The notes under the pieces: generated by a model
Seen by the model: the letters and a program-made list of their open reading frames with translations, nothing else
Database searches by the model: none
What the model was told of the DNA's origin: nothing
Shown: positions 21,208-31,590 of the stretch, piece by piece
Layout: every line of letters starts with the position of its first letter
How positions within the stretch are numbered: the first letter of the stretch is position 1
Translations under genes and position numbers: made by a program
Virus record (IMG/VR): IMGVR_UViG_3300032294_001063
Length of the DNA stretch: 64,000 nucleotides
Strand: one strand, 5' to 3'
Source of the DNA: an uncultured virus (IMG/VR IMGVR_UViG_3300032294_001063)
Lineage: Duplodnaviria; Heunggongvirae; Uroviricota; Caudoviricetes

Positions 21208-22448
21208 ATACAGAGGCAGAGTTACTATCAGCCGTATGCAAGAACAAAGACATAAGCACACTGCTCGCAGATAACGTAGATGAAATTTTTACATCACATA
21301 AGGATATTTGGGATTCGCTAAAATCATATTACTATAAGTTTAAGGCTGTTCCAGAAGCTGGAATTCTTATGGAACGGTTTAAAGATTTTGAGCCAGTTGA
21401 AACAAAAGCAGAAACTGGATATTATTTAGATAAGTTAAAAAATGAATATCTGACTAGCAGGTTAAAGAATATTATTCTTCAAAGTGGATCTGCTCTTAAA
21501 GAAGATGCTGCATCCAGAGTTCTTGGAGATTTGCAAGCAAAGCTTTCTCAGCTATCTAAGTTTACTAATCATGTTCGTGACGTAGATGTTACAGATATTG
21601 ATTTAGCAGAAAAACATTTTTTAGCAGTTAAAGAGCGTTCAACGATTATGGGCGGAGCTCCAGGAATTTTAACAGGCTTTGATGCAATTGATAAAGCATA
21701 TCCTACTGGAATGGCCCCAGGACATCTTATCGTTGCTATTGGTTGGCCAGGTCGTGGTAAGACATGGTTTACATCTTACCTTGCTTGTAAGGCTTGGGAG
21801 CAAGGCTTTAAGCCTATGATTGTGTCTCTTGAAATGTCTCCAGAAAATATGCGTGATCGTATTTATACAATGATGGGTTCTGGATTATTCCGTGCATCAG
21901 ATTTTGCAAAGGGTGACGTTAATGTTGATACGTTTAGATCTTGGGGACAAAAGAGATTTGAAAACAAAAACGGTTTTATTCTTGTATCTAATGAAGGTAT
22001 GGGAGAAGTAAATGCAAATACCGTTCAGGCTAAAATTGACCAACATAAACCAGATTTAGTTATTTTAGATTATCACCAGCTCTTCTCAGACAATAAGAGA
22101 AGCACTGGTGCTACTGAGCGTAATATGAATGTGTCTCGTGAGTTTAAGATGCTTGCTATGACAAACAACATTCCAGTTATTGATATCACTGCTGCAACTA
22201 TGGATGACATTACAGATCAAGATGCTCCACCCATGTTGTCTCAGGTAGCTTGGTCAAAGGCTATCGAGTATGATGCTGATATGGCTATTGCTATTCACAA
22301 ATATACAGATACTAATATGATTGAAGTTGTTAGTCGAAAGAATCGTCATGGTCAAGACTTTAATGTATTTTTGGATTGGGATATCAATAGGGGTATCATC
22401 AAAGAGATTTATGAAAATCCTTTTGCGAATGACCCATCGAAAAATTAA
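21204..22448 (+). CDS. dnaB: Replicative DNA helicase
   Basis: Walker A GWPGRGKT, SLEM, LVILDY, IEYDAD, KNRHG. Confidence 0.95.
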   Translation: MNTEAELLSAVCKNKDISTLLADNVDEIFTSHKDIWDSLKSYYYKFKAVPEAGILMERFKDFEPVETKAETGYYLDKLKNEYLTSRLKNIILQSGSALKEDAASRVLGDLQAKLSQLSKFTNHVRDVDVTDIDLAEKHFLAVKERSTIMGGAPGILTGFDAIDKAYPTGMAPGHLIVAIGWPGRGKTWFTSYLACKAWEQGFKPMIVSLEMSPENMRDRIYTMMGSGLFRASDFAKGDVNVDTFRSWGQKRFENKNGFILVSNEGMGEVNANTVQAKIDQHKPDLVILDYHQLFSDNKRSTGATERNMNVSREFKMLAMTNNIPVIDITAATMDDITDQDAPPMLSQVAWSKAIEYDADMAIAIHKYTDTNMIEVVSRKNRHGQDFNVFLDWDINRGIIKEIYENPFANDPSKN

Positions 22449-22731
22449 AAGATTTCAAATAGATGTTGAGTTTCATGATAATTCACAGCTTATTAGCTTG
22501 AGACCTCAATATGAAAACTTGTTAATTCAAGATATGAGGGGTAAGGGATATGTCAGAGTACTTGACATAGACCCAGCATTTTCGGTAGAATTTACAGGCG
22601 AGACATGGAAGTTCTTAATGAGCATTCATGGTGTTTATGTGGGAAAGAAGAAGGCATGGCAATTAGAGGGTATAACACAAGGGAAGTCGATACCACGCAC
22701 TACACGCCAAATCATATCAAGTCAATCCTAA
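22429..22731 (+). CDS. Hypothetical protein
   Basis: ORF between helicase and primase; start reassigned. Confidence 0.55.
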   Translation: MTHRKIKRFQIDVEFHDNSQLISLRPQYENLLIQDMRGKGYVRVLDIDPAFSVEFTGETWKFLMSIHGVYVGKKKAWQLEGITQGKSIPRTTRQIISSQS

Positions 22732-23654
22732 AATCAATAGGACTTGAAGTTGTTGGTGAAACTGGTAATGACTTTCTATGCTACTGCCCATTTCATTCTA
22801 ACAGACATACATCAAGCTTTAGCGTAAGTCGTGAAAAGGGTGCATTCATATGTTTTAATCCTTCATGCGGTGAAGCTGGTACTCTTCAGGAATTAGTAAA
22901 GCGTGTAATGCACAAGAATGACTTTGAGGCCATGAGATTTATTTCAACAAAAGAAGCAGAGTCGCTAGAAAACTTTGACAGTTTGTTAGAGGAGGCAATG
23001 AATGAAAAGCCTATCTTTGAAGAGTTTTCCCAAGAAACTTTAAACAAGCTACATAATGGATTAATTAATAGCGACAAGGCAAAGTTATATTTTAAATCTC
23101 GTGGTATTGAAATGCAAGCGGTGACAGATTTTTATTTAGGATATTCTGAAAACATGGATATGGTAACTGTTCCAGTTCATAGCCCAGATGGAATGCCAAT
23201 TGGGATTGTCGGAAGATCAGTTGAAGGAAAGTCTTTTAAAAATAGTACAAATCTTCCAAAGAGCAAAACACTTTTTAATATTCACCGTGCTAAAAAAATA
23301 GGATCTCATGTGATAGTCGTAGAGTCTAGCTTTGACGCAATTCGTGTTCATCAGGCTGGGTTTCCAAATGTTGTTGCAACACTAGGAGGATTTTTGTCTA
23401 CAGAGCAACAAAATTTATTAAATAGACATTTTAATAAAATAACTATTATGACTGACGCAGATCAGGCTGGAAGAGAGCTTGGTAGAAGTATAGTTAATAA
23501 ATTAAAATTCAAAGACCTCTTGTGGGCTTCGTTTGAATATGGTAAGATATATCCTCATGATGCAAAAGATGCTGGCGACATGACCGATGAGGAAATAAAG
23601 ACCTGCATTAAAAATTCTGTATCCGATATAGAATACAGATCTTGGAACTCGTGA
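22656..23654 (+). CDS. dnaG: DNA primase
   Basis: CPFH zinc finger; TOPRIM VVESSFD, DADQAG, KDAGD. Confidence 0.93.
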   Translation: MAIRGYNTREVDTTHYTPNHIKSILKSIGLEVVGETGNDFLCYCPFHSNRHTSSFSVSREKGAFICFNPSCGEAGTLQELVKRVMHKNDFEAMRFISTKEAESLENFDSLLEEAMNEKPIFEEFSQETLNKLHNGLINSDKAKLYFKSRGIEMQAVTDFYLGYSENMDMVTVPVHSPDGMPIGIVGRSVEGKSFKNSTNLPKSKTLFNIHRAKKIGSHVIVVESSFDAIRVHQAGFPNVVATLGGFLSTEQQNLLNRHFNKITIMTDADQAGRELGRSIVNKLKFKDLLWASFEYGKIYPHDAKDAGDMTDEEIKTCIKNSVSDIEYRSWNS

Positions 23655-23706
23655 TATAATAAAAAATACAGATGGATATATACCATCAACTATAAAGGAG
23701 AAATAA

Positions 23707-24378
23707 ATGAGTATAGTAAAAGGTCTAAAAGACCTCAACAAGGCACTAGATAAGCCTACCTATAGCGGTGGGGATGAAAATAAAGGTCGTTGGCTAAAGA
23801 TTGAAGACGGCGAAAGCGTAAAGATCAGATTCCTTCAGGAACTAGATCCAGATTCACCAACATATAATGATAAGCTTGGTTGCGGATTTATCGCATTAGA
23901 GCACACAAATCCAAAGGATTATCGCCGTAAGGCTCTAGACACAATGGAGTCAGAAGGTCGTGACTGGGCAAACGAACAACATCGCAAGGACCCAAAGGCT
24001 GGCTGGAAAGCCAGAACACGCCTATACATCAACGTTCTAGTAGACGATGGTAAAGAAGAGCCATACGTAGCAATTCTTTCACAAGGTACAAGCGGTAAAA
24101 CAATTACTCCTACCCTAATTGAATACGCTGGTGAAATGGGAAGCATCACCAATCTTATGTGGCGAATCAAGCGTAACGGTTCAAAAACAGATACAAGTTA
24201 TACAATTATCCCTCTTGCAAAGGATGAAGCACCATTTGATTTCTCTGCTCTAGAGTTGTATGACCTAGAAAAAACAGCAGTTCGTCACGTACCATATGCA
24301 GAGCAAGAAGCTTTCTATATGGGTGAAGGTGGAAATGCAGAAGAGTCTTCTGCATCATCCAGTAGCGTAGACTGGTAA
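23707..24378 (+). CDS. Single-stranded DNA-binding protein (gp32-like)
   Basis: KIEDGESVKIRF, RIKRNGSKTDTSY, acidic tail ending VDW; own promoter and strong RBS. Confidence 0.75.
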   Translation: MSIVKGLKDLNKALDKPTYSGGDENKGRWLKIEDGESVKIRFLQELDPDSPTYNDKLGCGFIALEHTNPKDYRRKALDTMESEGRDWANEQHRKDPKAGWKARTRLYINVLVDDGKEEPYVAILSQGTSGKTITPTLIEYAGEMGSITNLMWRIKRNGSKTDTSYTIIPLAKDEAPFDFSALELYDLEKTAVRHVPYAEQEAFYMGEGGNAEESSASSSSVDW

Positions 24379-24388
24379 TATAAATATG

Positions 24389-24432
24389 TACAGGGCTAGT
24401 CTATTGACTAGCCCTGTAATATTTGTTAGAAT
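24389..24432 (+). promoter_or_regulatory. 13-bp inverted repeat overlapping a promoter
   Basis: TACAGGGCTAGTC-tatt-GACTAGCCCTGTA; TTGACT-17-TAGAAT; ATG 6 nt after -10. Confidence 0.7.
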
Positions 24433-24438
24433 AACAAT

Positions 24439-24645
24439 ATGATCTCATACAATATACCAGACCCATTTGAAACATTTGTGTCTAATAAGTATAAGAACTA
24501 CGTAGGGGCAATTTATGATTTCTTTGCCAGAGAATGGCATATGAAATGCGGATGTTGCAAAGAGGATTTATATGCACCAACCAAAAAGATATTGACTAAA
24601 GTTAGACTATATCATACTAGAAACGAATGCACAGGCGGATACTAA
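24439..24645 (+). CDS. Small Cys/His protein (leaderless)
   Basis: CGCC...H...C. Confidence 0.6.
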   Translation: MISYNIPDPFETFVSNKYKNYVGAIYDFFAREWHMKCGCCKEDLYAPTKKILTKVRLYHTRNECTGGY

Positions 24646-27600
24646 TGAGCTTTACACACCTACACGTTCACTCCTATTATTCGTTAATGGATGGACTAAA
24701 TTCTCCTAAAGAATTATGTCAGGCTGCCTTAGATGCAGGACAAACAGCAATTGCAATTACAGATCATGGAACACTATCTTCTCATCGTGAAATGCAAATT
24801 GCAGCAAAAGAACTAGGCATCAAGCCAATACTTGGAGTAGAGGCGTACATATCTCCAACAGATAGATTTGATCGCTCTTCTAAAACAGATAAGTCTATTC
24901 AGGCTTACAACCATATTATTCTTCTAGCTAAAAATAAAAAAGGATTAGATAATATAAATGCATTGCAGGAGCTTGCTTGGAACGAAGGCTTTTATCATAA
25001 ACCAAGAATTGATAGGGAGGTATTGAAAGAATATGCGGAAGGTATTATTGTTCTTTCTGGATGCCTCAATGGGCTTATTAGTAAGGCTATTGAACGCCAG
25101 GAATTCTCAGAAGCCAAACTTATACTCAAAGACTTTAAGCAAACTTTTGGGCAAGATTTTTACATTGAGGTTCAATCTCACAATCCAAAAGAAATCAACG
25201 AAAAACTATTAGAGCTAGCAGACGAGCTTAAGATTAAGGCGGTGGCAACAGGTGATGCCCACTTTGCTAAGGAAGAAGATCGTATTTTAGAAGAAGCAAT
25301 GCTTATTCTATCAACATCCCCTAAGTCAGACAAAGAAGCTGATTTTGATATGTCCCGTAATATAAAGGATATGTTAGATAGATTTAACTATCTTTATCCA
25401 GATAGAAAGATATCGTTTGCAGACTATAATTTATTTATCCAAACAAGAAATGAAATTGAAGCTGACTTTAATAAGTCTGGAATTACTCGCAAAGATATTT
25501 ATGACAATACAATGGAGATAGCCGATAAAATTGGAGAATACGATTTTAACAGGGGTCTAGACCTTCTCCCTGTTCCTAAGACCAATGCTGATAAAAAGCT
25601 TGGCGAAATGGCCTTAGAAGGCCTTAAAAGGCTAAACCTATCAGAAGACCAGACCTACTTAGACAGGCTTGACGAAGAGTTATCTATAATTAAAGATAAA
25701 TCATTTGCTTCATATTTCTTAGTTGTGGCAGATATGATTAATTGGGCTAAAGAAAATAATATTATGGTTGGCCCTGGTCGTGGTTCTGCAGCAGGCTCCC
25801 TTGTTTGCTATGCATTAGGAATTACGGATGTAGATCCAATTAAATATGACCTGCTATTTTTCCGATTTATTAATCCAGAACGTAATGACTTTCCAGATAT
25901 TGATACAGACTTTGAAGACCGTCGTCGTAAAGAGGTTAAAGATTACTTAAAGAAAAAGTTTAAGCACGTTGCATCTATTTCCACATATACTTATTTTAAA
26001 GATAAGGGTGTAATTAGAGACGCTGCCCGTGTATTTATGGTGCCCTTGTCTGACGTTAATCGTGCAATGAAATCAATTGATACCTTTGAAGACTTTATGG
26101 ATTCTCCAAATACAAAAGAATTTAGAATGAAATACCCAGAGGTTGTTTGGTTGGCAGAAAGACTACGTGGCAAGATTCGCAGCGTAGGAGTCCATGCTGC
26201 TGGAGTTGTTGTTGCTAAAGATGATATTAGAAAGTTTGCACCAGTTGAGTCTCGTGCAGATGCTAGCGATGATGTGTCTGGAAGAATCCCAGTAGTTGCA
26301 TACGATATGGATACAGTTGCAGACATAGGACTTATTAAACTAGATGCACTAGGTCTTAAAACTTTATCTGTAATTTCAGATACAATTAAATCAATTAAAG
26401 ATAGAAGTGGTAAATCAATTAATCTATCTAACCTTCCTTTAGATGATCCAAAAGTTTATAAAACGCTTAGCGAAGGATACACAAAGGGAGTCTTTCAGGC
26501 TGAAGCAACACCGTATACCAATCTTTTAATTAAGATGGGTGTAGACAAGTTTGAAGATCTTGCTGCGTCAAATGCTTTGGTTCGTCCAGGCGCAATGAAT
26601 ACAGTTGGTGCGTCTTATATTAAGCGTAAGCATGGAGATGAAGCTGTTCAATTTATTCATCCAATTATGAAACCTTTTACAGAAAACACATATGGGGTTA
26701 TTATATATCAAGAGCAGGTTATGCAGGCCTGTGTACACTTAGGTGGTATGACTTGGTCAGAAGCCGATAAGGTACGAAAAATTATTGGAAAGAAAAAGGA
26801 TGCAAAAGAATTTGATGAGTTCAAAGACCGTTTTATTGATGGGGCTTCAAAACATATTTCTAAGAAACAGGCAGAGACGTTATGGCATACATTTGAGGCG
26901 CATGCTGGGTATTCGTTCAATCGTTCCCACGCTGTTGCTTACTCTATGCTTTCTTATTATACTGCTTGGCTCAAAACTTACTACCCTTTGGAGTTCATGT
27001 TCTCGATTCTTAAAAACGAAAACGACAAAGACGTTCGAACAGAATATTTAATTGAGGCTAAAAGACTTGGCTTGAAGGTTTTACTACCACATATTAATGA
27101 GTCAGATATCTATTTTTCTTTACAAAAAGATGCAATTAGATTCGGTCTTGCAGAGGTTAAATTTATTTCTGATAGCATTGCAAATAAAATTATAGACAAT
27201 AGGCCATTCTCAAACTACAAAGATTTTATTGAAAAGTCTTCTAAAAAGGGAAGCGGAATTAACAGCAGAGCTATATCGGCCTTGAATGCTATCGGTGCTG
27301 CAGCATTTGAAGATAATCCTAGAGAAGGCAATGAAAAAGATAATTACTATGAATTCTTAGGTATCCCTACGTTTAACTTAGACCTTCCACCAAGAATTAA
27401 AACTCAGGCAAAGCCTATCTCAGAGTTTGACGACTTGGGATCATTTGTTATGTTTGGTATGGCTAAGTCTATTAAAAGAGGAAATGGGTGGGCTAGAATT
27501 GAGTTGGTCGATGAGACTGGATCTATAGGTCTATTTCATAATGAACAAACTCCAATTGAAACAAATCAAATGTATTTTATTTTAGTAGGAGACAATAGAA

Positions 27601-27911
27601 TTGCAAGGTATGTAAAGGTACAAGATATTAATCCACAGTCTAAAGATTCTTTTGTTGACTACCTTTATAGAAAAGAATACGACCTTGAAGAAAATCAATA
27701 TCATGTGGTAGACTTTACTCCCTATAAAACAAAAGCTGGCAAAACAATGGCACATATTGTAATGTCAGATAGGGATAAAAATTTAACTAGAGCTATCGTA
27801 TTCTCTAGTATGTATAAAACTGCCTTAGCAAAAATGCGTGAGGGAATGAAGTGTCAGGTTGTTTTGTCTAAACTAGATGATGGCACCCTGATGATTAAGG
27901 AAATAAAATGA
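24645..27911 (+). CDS. dnaE: DNA polymerase III alpha subunit (family C)
   Basis: PHP HLHVHSYYSL, TDHG; GRGSAAGS; PDIDTD; HAAG; FNRSHA. Confidence 0.97.
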   Translation: MSFTHLHVHSYYSLMDGLNSPKELCQAALDAGQTAIAITDHGTLSSHREMQIAAKELGIKPILGVEAYISPTDRFDRSSKTDKSIQAYNHIILLAKNKKGLDNINALQELAWNEGFYHKPRIDREVLKEYAEGIIVLSGCLNGLISKAIERQEFSEAKLILKDFKQTFGQDFYIEVQSHNPKEINEKLLELADELKIKAVATGDAHFAKEEDRILEEAMLILSTSPKSDKEADFDMSRNIKDMLDRFNYLYPDRKISFADYNLFIQTRNEIEADFNKSGITRKDIYDNTMEIADKIGEYDFNRGLDLLPVPKTNADKKLGEMALEGLKRLNLSEDQTYLDRLDEELSIIKDKSFASYFLVVADMINWAKENNIMVGPGRGSAAGSLVCYALGITDVDPIKYDLLFFRFINPERNDFPDIDTDFEDRRRKEVKDYLKKKFKHVASISTYTYFKDKGVIRDAARVFMVPLSDVNRAMKSIDTFEDFMDSPNTKEFRMKYPEVVWLAERLRGKIRSVGVHAAGVVVAKDDIRKFAPVESRADASDDVSGRIPVVAYDMDTVADIGLIKLDALGLKTLSVISDTIKSIKDRSGKSINLSNLPLDDPKVYKTLSEGYTKGVFQAEATPYTNLLIKMGVDKFEDLAASNALVRPGAMNTVGASYIKRKHGDEAVQFIHPIMKPFTENTYGVIIYQEQVMQACVHLGGMTWSEADKVRKIIGKKKDAKEFDEFKDRFIDGASKHISKKQAETLWHTFEAHAGYSFNRSHAVAYSMLSYYTAWLKTYYPLEFMFSILKNENDKDVRTEYLIEAKRLGLKVLLPHINESDIYFSLQKDAIRFGLAEVKFISDSIANKIIDNRPFSNYKDFIEKSSKKGSGINSRAISALNAIGAAAFEDNPREGNEKDNYYEFLGIPTFNLDLPPRIKTQAKPISEFDDLGSFVMFGMAKSIKRGNGWARIELVDETGSIGLFHNEQTPIETNQMYFILVGDNRIARYVKVQDINPQSKDSFVDYLYRKEYDLEENQYHVVDFTPYKTKAGKTMAHIVMSDRDKNLTRAIVFSSMYKTALAKMREGMKCQVVLSKLDDGTLMIKEIK

Positions 27912-28111
27912 CAGAGGATATCGAAGGTCTAGTTACTTCTATAAGTATTAATCAGGTACTAGTAGCAGTTCTACAAGAATATGGAAAACTTACTGTTCCG
28001 ACACTTAAATTTTTAGAGTCAAAGGCAGAAGAAAAAGAATTAGTAATTGATTATGATGAGGATGGCCCATCATTTACTTTTAGTTTAAGGGATAAAGTTG
28101 AACAGCAATAA
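27908..28111 (+). CDS. Hypothetical protein
   Basis: ATGA overlap. Confidence 0.55.
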   Translation: MTEDIEGLVTSISINQVLVAVLQEYGKLTVPTLKFLESKAEEKELVIDYDEDGPSFTFSLRDKVEQQ

Positions 28112-28445
28112 GGTTTTAACAGAGTATGGGCTTGATGCATTAGCAGCAATTCTTCACGAAACAGCAATAGAAAAAGGTTTCTGGGATGGAGAATATTCTA
28201 ATGACAAGATTGGAAATAAACTTGCACTTGTACACTCAGAAGTTACTGAGGTATTAGAAGCAATTAGAAAAAGCAAAGGTTCACAGGAAGTTGTTGAAGA
28301 AATGGCAGACGTTATTATTCGACTACTAGATGTATATGCAGCAATGAGAAATGAAGATCAGGTTTCTCACAGCCTTGACGAAATATTAGAGGCAAAAATA
28401 AATAAAAATAAAGATCGTCCAAGGCTTCACGGCAACCTTTTTTAA
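28098..28445 (+). CDS. MazG-like NTP pyrophosphohydrolase
   Basis: HSEVTEVLEA...EEMADV..R motif. Confidence 0.85.
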   Translation: MNSNKVLTEYGLDALAAILHETAIEKGFWDGEYSNDKIGNKLALVHSEVTEVLEAIRKSKGSQEVVEEMADVIIRLLDVYAAMRNEDQVSHSLDEILEAKINKNKDRPRLHGNLF

Positions 28446-28478
28446 TGATATAATAAGCAGAGAGAAGAAAGAATAATA

Positions 28479-29483
28479 ATGACAATTGTATTAGATGATA
28501 TATTAGCAAAACTAGATCCAAAAACAAGAGCAAGAGTTCAGTCCGCACAAGATGTTAAGGTTGAAAAACAGCCTACCCCAAGTATCGGTTTGAATATGGC
28601 ACTAAGAGGTGGACTAGGTTACGGAAGACAGGTGCTAGTCTGGGGAAATAAGTCTGCTGGTAAGTCTTCTTTCTGTCTGCAGATGATTGCTTTGGCACAA
28701 AAAGAAGGAAGAACGTGTGCATGGATTGATGCTGAAGCATCTTACGATCAGTCCTGGGCAGAAGCTCTTGGAGTTGATTCATCTAAGCTAATTTATTCTC
28801 CAGCAAAAACTGTTAACGATATGGTTGATGTTGCAACAAAGCTTATGGATGCTGGAGTAGACATGATTGTAGTTGATTCTATTTCAGCACTACTACCAGC
28901 AATTTACTTTGAAAAAGACGGAAACGAAATGAAGGATTTGCAGGATACTAAGCAAATCGGCGCTGAAGCAAAGGATATGACACACGCAGTCAAAATGTTA
29001 AATTATGCAAACAAAAACACACTACTTGTTCTTATCTCCCAACAAAGAAACCAATTTGGCTCTATGCATGCCTCACACATACCAACGGGAGGAATGGCAG
29101 TTAAATTCTTTTCATCCACTGTCATTAAGCTTTGGTCTTCTGAGGCTGAAGCTAATGCTATTAAAGCTGGCGTTAAAGTGGGCGACAAAATCATTGAGCA
29201 ACGAGTCGGAAGGCCAGTTAATTGGATTATTGATTACAACAAACTTGGCCCACCAAACTTATCTGGACAATATGACTTCTACTATCAAGGAGAAACATTA
29301 GGCGTTGATAGCACAGGAGAAACATTGGATGTTGCAGAAATGACTGGCGTTGTAGAAAAAGGTGGAGCCTGGTATACAGTTAATGGTGAAAGGTTTCAAG
29401 GTCGTGCCAAGGCGGTACAGTATCTTCGTGAAAACCCAGATGTAGTTACAAAACTACAAGGTGATATAAGTGCCAGATCTTAA
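28479..29483 (+). CDS. recA: RecA/UvsX recombinase
   Basis: GNKSAGKS, IDAE, VVDS, TGG.AVKF, KGGAWY, QGR. Confidence 0.95.
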   Translation: MTIVLDDILAKLDPKTRARVQSAQDVKVEKQPTPSIGLNMALRGGLGYGRQVLVWGNKSAGKSSFCLQMIALAQKEGRTCAWIDAEASYDQSWAEALGVDSSKLIYSPAKTVNDMVDVATKLMDAGVDMIVVDSISALLPAIYFEKDGNEMKDLQDTKQIGAEAKDMTHAVKMLNYANKNTLLVLISQQRNQFGSMHASHIPTGGMAVKFFSSTVIKLWSSEAEANAIKAGVKVGDKIIEQRVGRPVNWIIDYNKLGPPNLSGQYDFYYQGETLGVDSTGETLDVAEMTGVVEKGGAWYTVNGERFQGRAKAVQYLRENPDVVTKLQGDISARS

Positions 29484-29655
29484 TGAATTTATTTCTTCAG
29501 AAAAAATTCATGCGCCAGAGTTAGAGCGCTTCGGAGGAAAGAAGCCGTGCTCTAAGTGTGACAAAGATGCGGAAGAATATTTTTGGGATGCAGTATCTCT
29601 TACCATGAGCTGGGAATGTCCAGATGGCCATAAAAATTCATTTAGGATTAACTAA
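29470..29655 (+). CDS. Small zinc-binding protein
   Basis: CSKC...CPDGH. Confidence 0.6.
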   Translation: MPDLNEFISSEKIHAPELERFGGKKPCSKCDKDAEEYFWDAVSLTMSWECPDGHKNSFRIN

Positions 29656-29966
29656 TGTCAGAAAGATCTGAAGTAAAGCGTGATGGCGCTAAAGCTCAAA
29701 AAAATTCTGGACGTGGTGATTATCAAAAGGGAGACGCTAAATGGAAGCAGTTCCTTGTAGATTATAAAGAAGCTTCTTCTTCTTTTAATTTAAATAAGCC
29801 AGTATGGTCTAAGATTTGTACAGATACATTTAAAGTTAGTAGAGATATGCATCCAGCATTAAAAGTTATTATAGGTGAAGATTCCAAGGTAAGACTTGGA
29901 GTTATTGAATGGGCAGTTTTAGAAGAACTGATCCAATTTTGGGAGGAAAACAATGGGGTCAAATAA
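29655..29966 (+). CDS. PD-(D/E)xK Holliday junction resolvase-like protein
   Basis: SGRG...KGD...VDYK. Confidence 0.6.
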   Translation: MSERSEVKRDGAKAQKNSGRGDYQKGDAKWKQFLVDYKEASSSFNLNKPVWSKICTDTFKVSRDMHPALKVIIGEDSKVRLGVIEWAVLEELIQFWEENNGVK

Positions 29967-30084
29967 TAAAATACCATTTAATAAAACAGTTATTAAAGAT
30001 GGTAGGATTGTCAGGATTAGAAAAGACGGTACCGTAAAAGCAGATTTGGGCCCGTACAATACCAAGCAGACCAAGGCTAAATAA
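29953..30084 (+). CDS. Small basic protein (43 aa)
   Basis: RBS GGAGG; MGSNNKIPF...; not in ORF track. Confidence 0.55.
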   Translation: MGSNNKIPFNKTVIKDGRIVRIRKDGTVKADLGPYNTKQTKAK

Positions 30085-30188
30085 TGACAACATTTTTGTT
30101 AGGACTAATGCTAGGCTTTACAATTGGATACGGCTTGGGTTTATTTATAGATAAAATAGATAAGAGGATAAAAAATGGCGGACGATAG
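30084..30188 (+). CDS. Small membrane peptide (34 aa)
   Basis: TAATG overlap; MTTFLLGLMLGFTIGYGLGLF. Confidence 0.5.
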   Translation: MTTFLLGLMLGFTIGYGLGLFIDKIDKRIKNGGR

Positions 30189-30513
30189 AAACACACTTGA
30201 ACTCATTAGTTCAATTACTGAGTTTAATGACCTGCATGAATATATGGGAGATGATCAGTTAGACAAGGCTTTGGCAATTGTTGTAAAGCTATTGATGAAT
30301 CCAGATGTTCCTTCAGCTAAGGCTCCGTATTTAATTATTGAGCTTCAGGCTATGTCTACTAAGTTTTCAATGATGGCATCCTATTATTCAACCATTGCTA
30401 AGGATAAGGCTGGCACAACAAACAATAATAAGAAGAACATTTATTACTCAGCAAAAGAGTCCATAGACAAACTTGTAGACGCACTTAAATATGTAGTTAG
30501 GTATAATTCATGA
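30175..30513 (+). CDS. Conserved phage protein
   Basis: RBS GAGG; operon context. Confidence 0.6.
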   Translation: MADDRNTLELISSITEFNDLHEYMGDDQLDKALAIVVKLLMNPDVPSAKAPYLIIELQAMSTKFSMMASYYSTIAKDKAGTTNNNKKNIYYSAKESIDKLVDALKYVVRYNS

Positions 30514-30959
30514 TTAAAAAAAGAATTTTGTTTTTGTTTATTTTTGCTGGTTCAGTAATCGGGTTATTTGTTTTAAATTCTAATGAACCAAATTGCATTA
30601 ATCTATATGTAGATTATGGAAATAATTCTACAATAGAAAAGAAATGTGTCAGTGCCAGCGGTAAAGTTAATTCTCTAGATCTATTAAAAGCAAATGGATA
30701 TAAGATAGAAGGAACAGCAAAGTATGGAAATGCCGTTGTTTGTAGAGTAAATAATTTTCCTGACAACACACTTGAAAAGTGTCAAGACATGCCACCAGCA
30801 GATGCATACTGGGCTGTATTGGTAAAAAAGAATCAAGTTTTACCATTCCCAAGAAATGAATGGGGTTGGGCACAAAAGGGAATTAATGAAACTTTTGTTG
30901 AACCAGGAGATCATCTTGGTCTAGTATTTTCTACTAAAGGAGAAGTAAGGTGGCCGTAG
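30510..30959 (+). CDS. Exported protein resembling actinobacterial cobalamin-ECF-associated (DUF4430/transcobalamin-like) domain
   Basis: N-terminal TM/signal; LYVDYG..C..VVCRVNNFP..C..PP..AYWA..W.WAQKG..PGD.LG. Confidence 0.55.
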   Translation: MIKKRILFLFIFAGSVIGLFVLNSNEPNCINLYVDYGNNSTIEKKCVSASGKVNSLDLLKANGYKIEGTAKYGNAVVCRVNNFPDNTLEKCQDMPPADAYWAVLVKKNQVLPFPRNEWGWAQKGINETFVEPGDHLGLVFSTKGEVRWP

Positions 30960-31093
30960 AATTATTAGAAGAAAAAGTTAAGAACAAATCTTTTCCAATA
31001 TTGATTATTGCTCAGCTTTTTATTACAGTTGTTGCTTTATCTGTAGTTAATGAAATTGCAGTAGATGTTTGGCGTTCTTTAAGGGGTCACTAA
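30950..31093 (+). CDS. Small single-TM peptide (47 aa)
   Basis: GTG start after AAGGAG; hydrophobic core; ends WRSLRGH; TAATG overlap. Confidence 0.55.
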   Translation: MAVELLEEKVKNKSFPILIIAQLFITVVALSVVNEIAVDVWRSLRGH

Positions 31094-31590
31094 TGGTAAT
31101 ACTAAGTAAAATTTATACTAAAACTGGTGATGATGGTCAAACCTCTAATGCTAATAACGAAAGAGTGTCTAAGACTAGTCCCATAATGGAAGCAATAGGT
31201 GCTGTGGATGAAGCTAACTCCGCTATTGGAATGGCAACCGATGAGTATAATGATATCATTGAAAGAGTCCAAAGCGACCTATTTGATCTTGGGGCAGAGC
31301 TTGCGGGTGCCTCAACAATAACAATATCTGAAAACAGAGTAACATATTTAGAAAATGTAATTGATGATTATAATGAATACCTAGAGCCATTGAGATCTTT
31401 TGTTTTACCAACAGGACCACTTCATAATGCAAGGACTATTGTAAGAAGAGCGGAGCGTGAAGTTTGGAAGATAGAAAACGTAAACCCAAACATTGCTAAA
31501 TATTTAAATCGTCTATCAGACTTGTTGTTTGTTATGGCTAGATATCACAATAAAGGAAAAGAAAAAATGTGGGTGCCAAATAATGGGTAG
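31093..31590 (+). CDS. pduO: ATP:cob(I)alamin adenosyltransferase (PduO-type)
   Basis: KIYTKTGDDGQT, GAVDEANS, QSDLFDLGAELA, ARTIVRRAER, YLNRLSDLLF. Confidence 0.93.
   Translation: MVILSKIYTKTGDDGQTSNANNERVSKTSPIMEAIGAVDEANSAIGMATDEYNDIIERVQSDLFDLGAELAGASTITISENRVTYLENVIDDYNEYLEPLRSFVLPTGPLHNARTIVRRAEREVWKIENVNPNIAKYLNRLSDLLFVMARYHNKGKEKMWVPNNG

Noticed and set aside
24645..27911. Intein or intron in dnaE (also checked dnaB, recA, terL)
   Set aside because: Lengths are ordinary, motifs are contiguous, and no splice or homing-endonuclease motifs were seen
30480..30510. Cobalamin riboswitch ahead of the B12 module
   Set aside because: Genes overlap with no intergenic space, and no B12-box was seen
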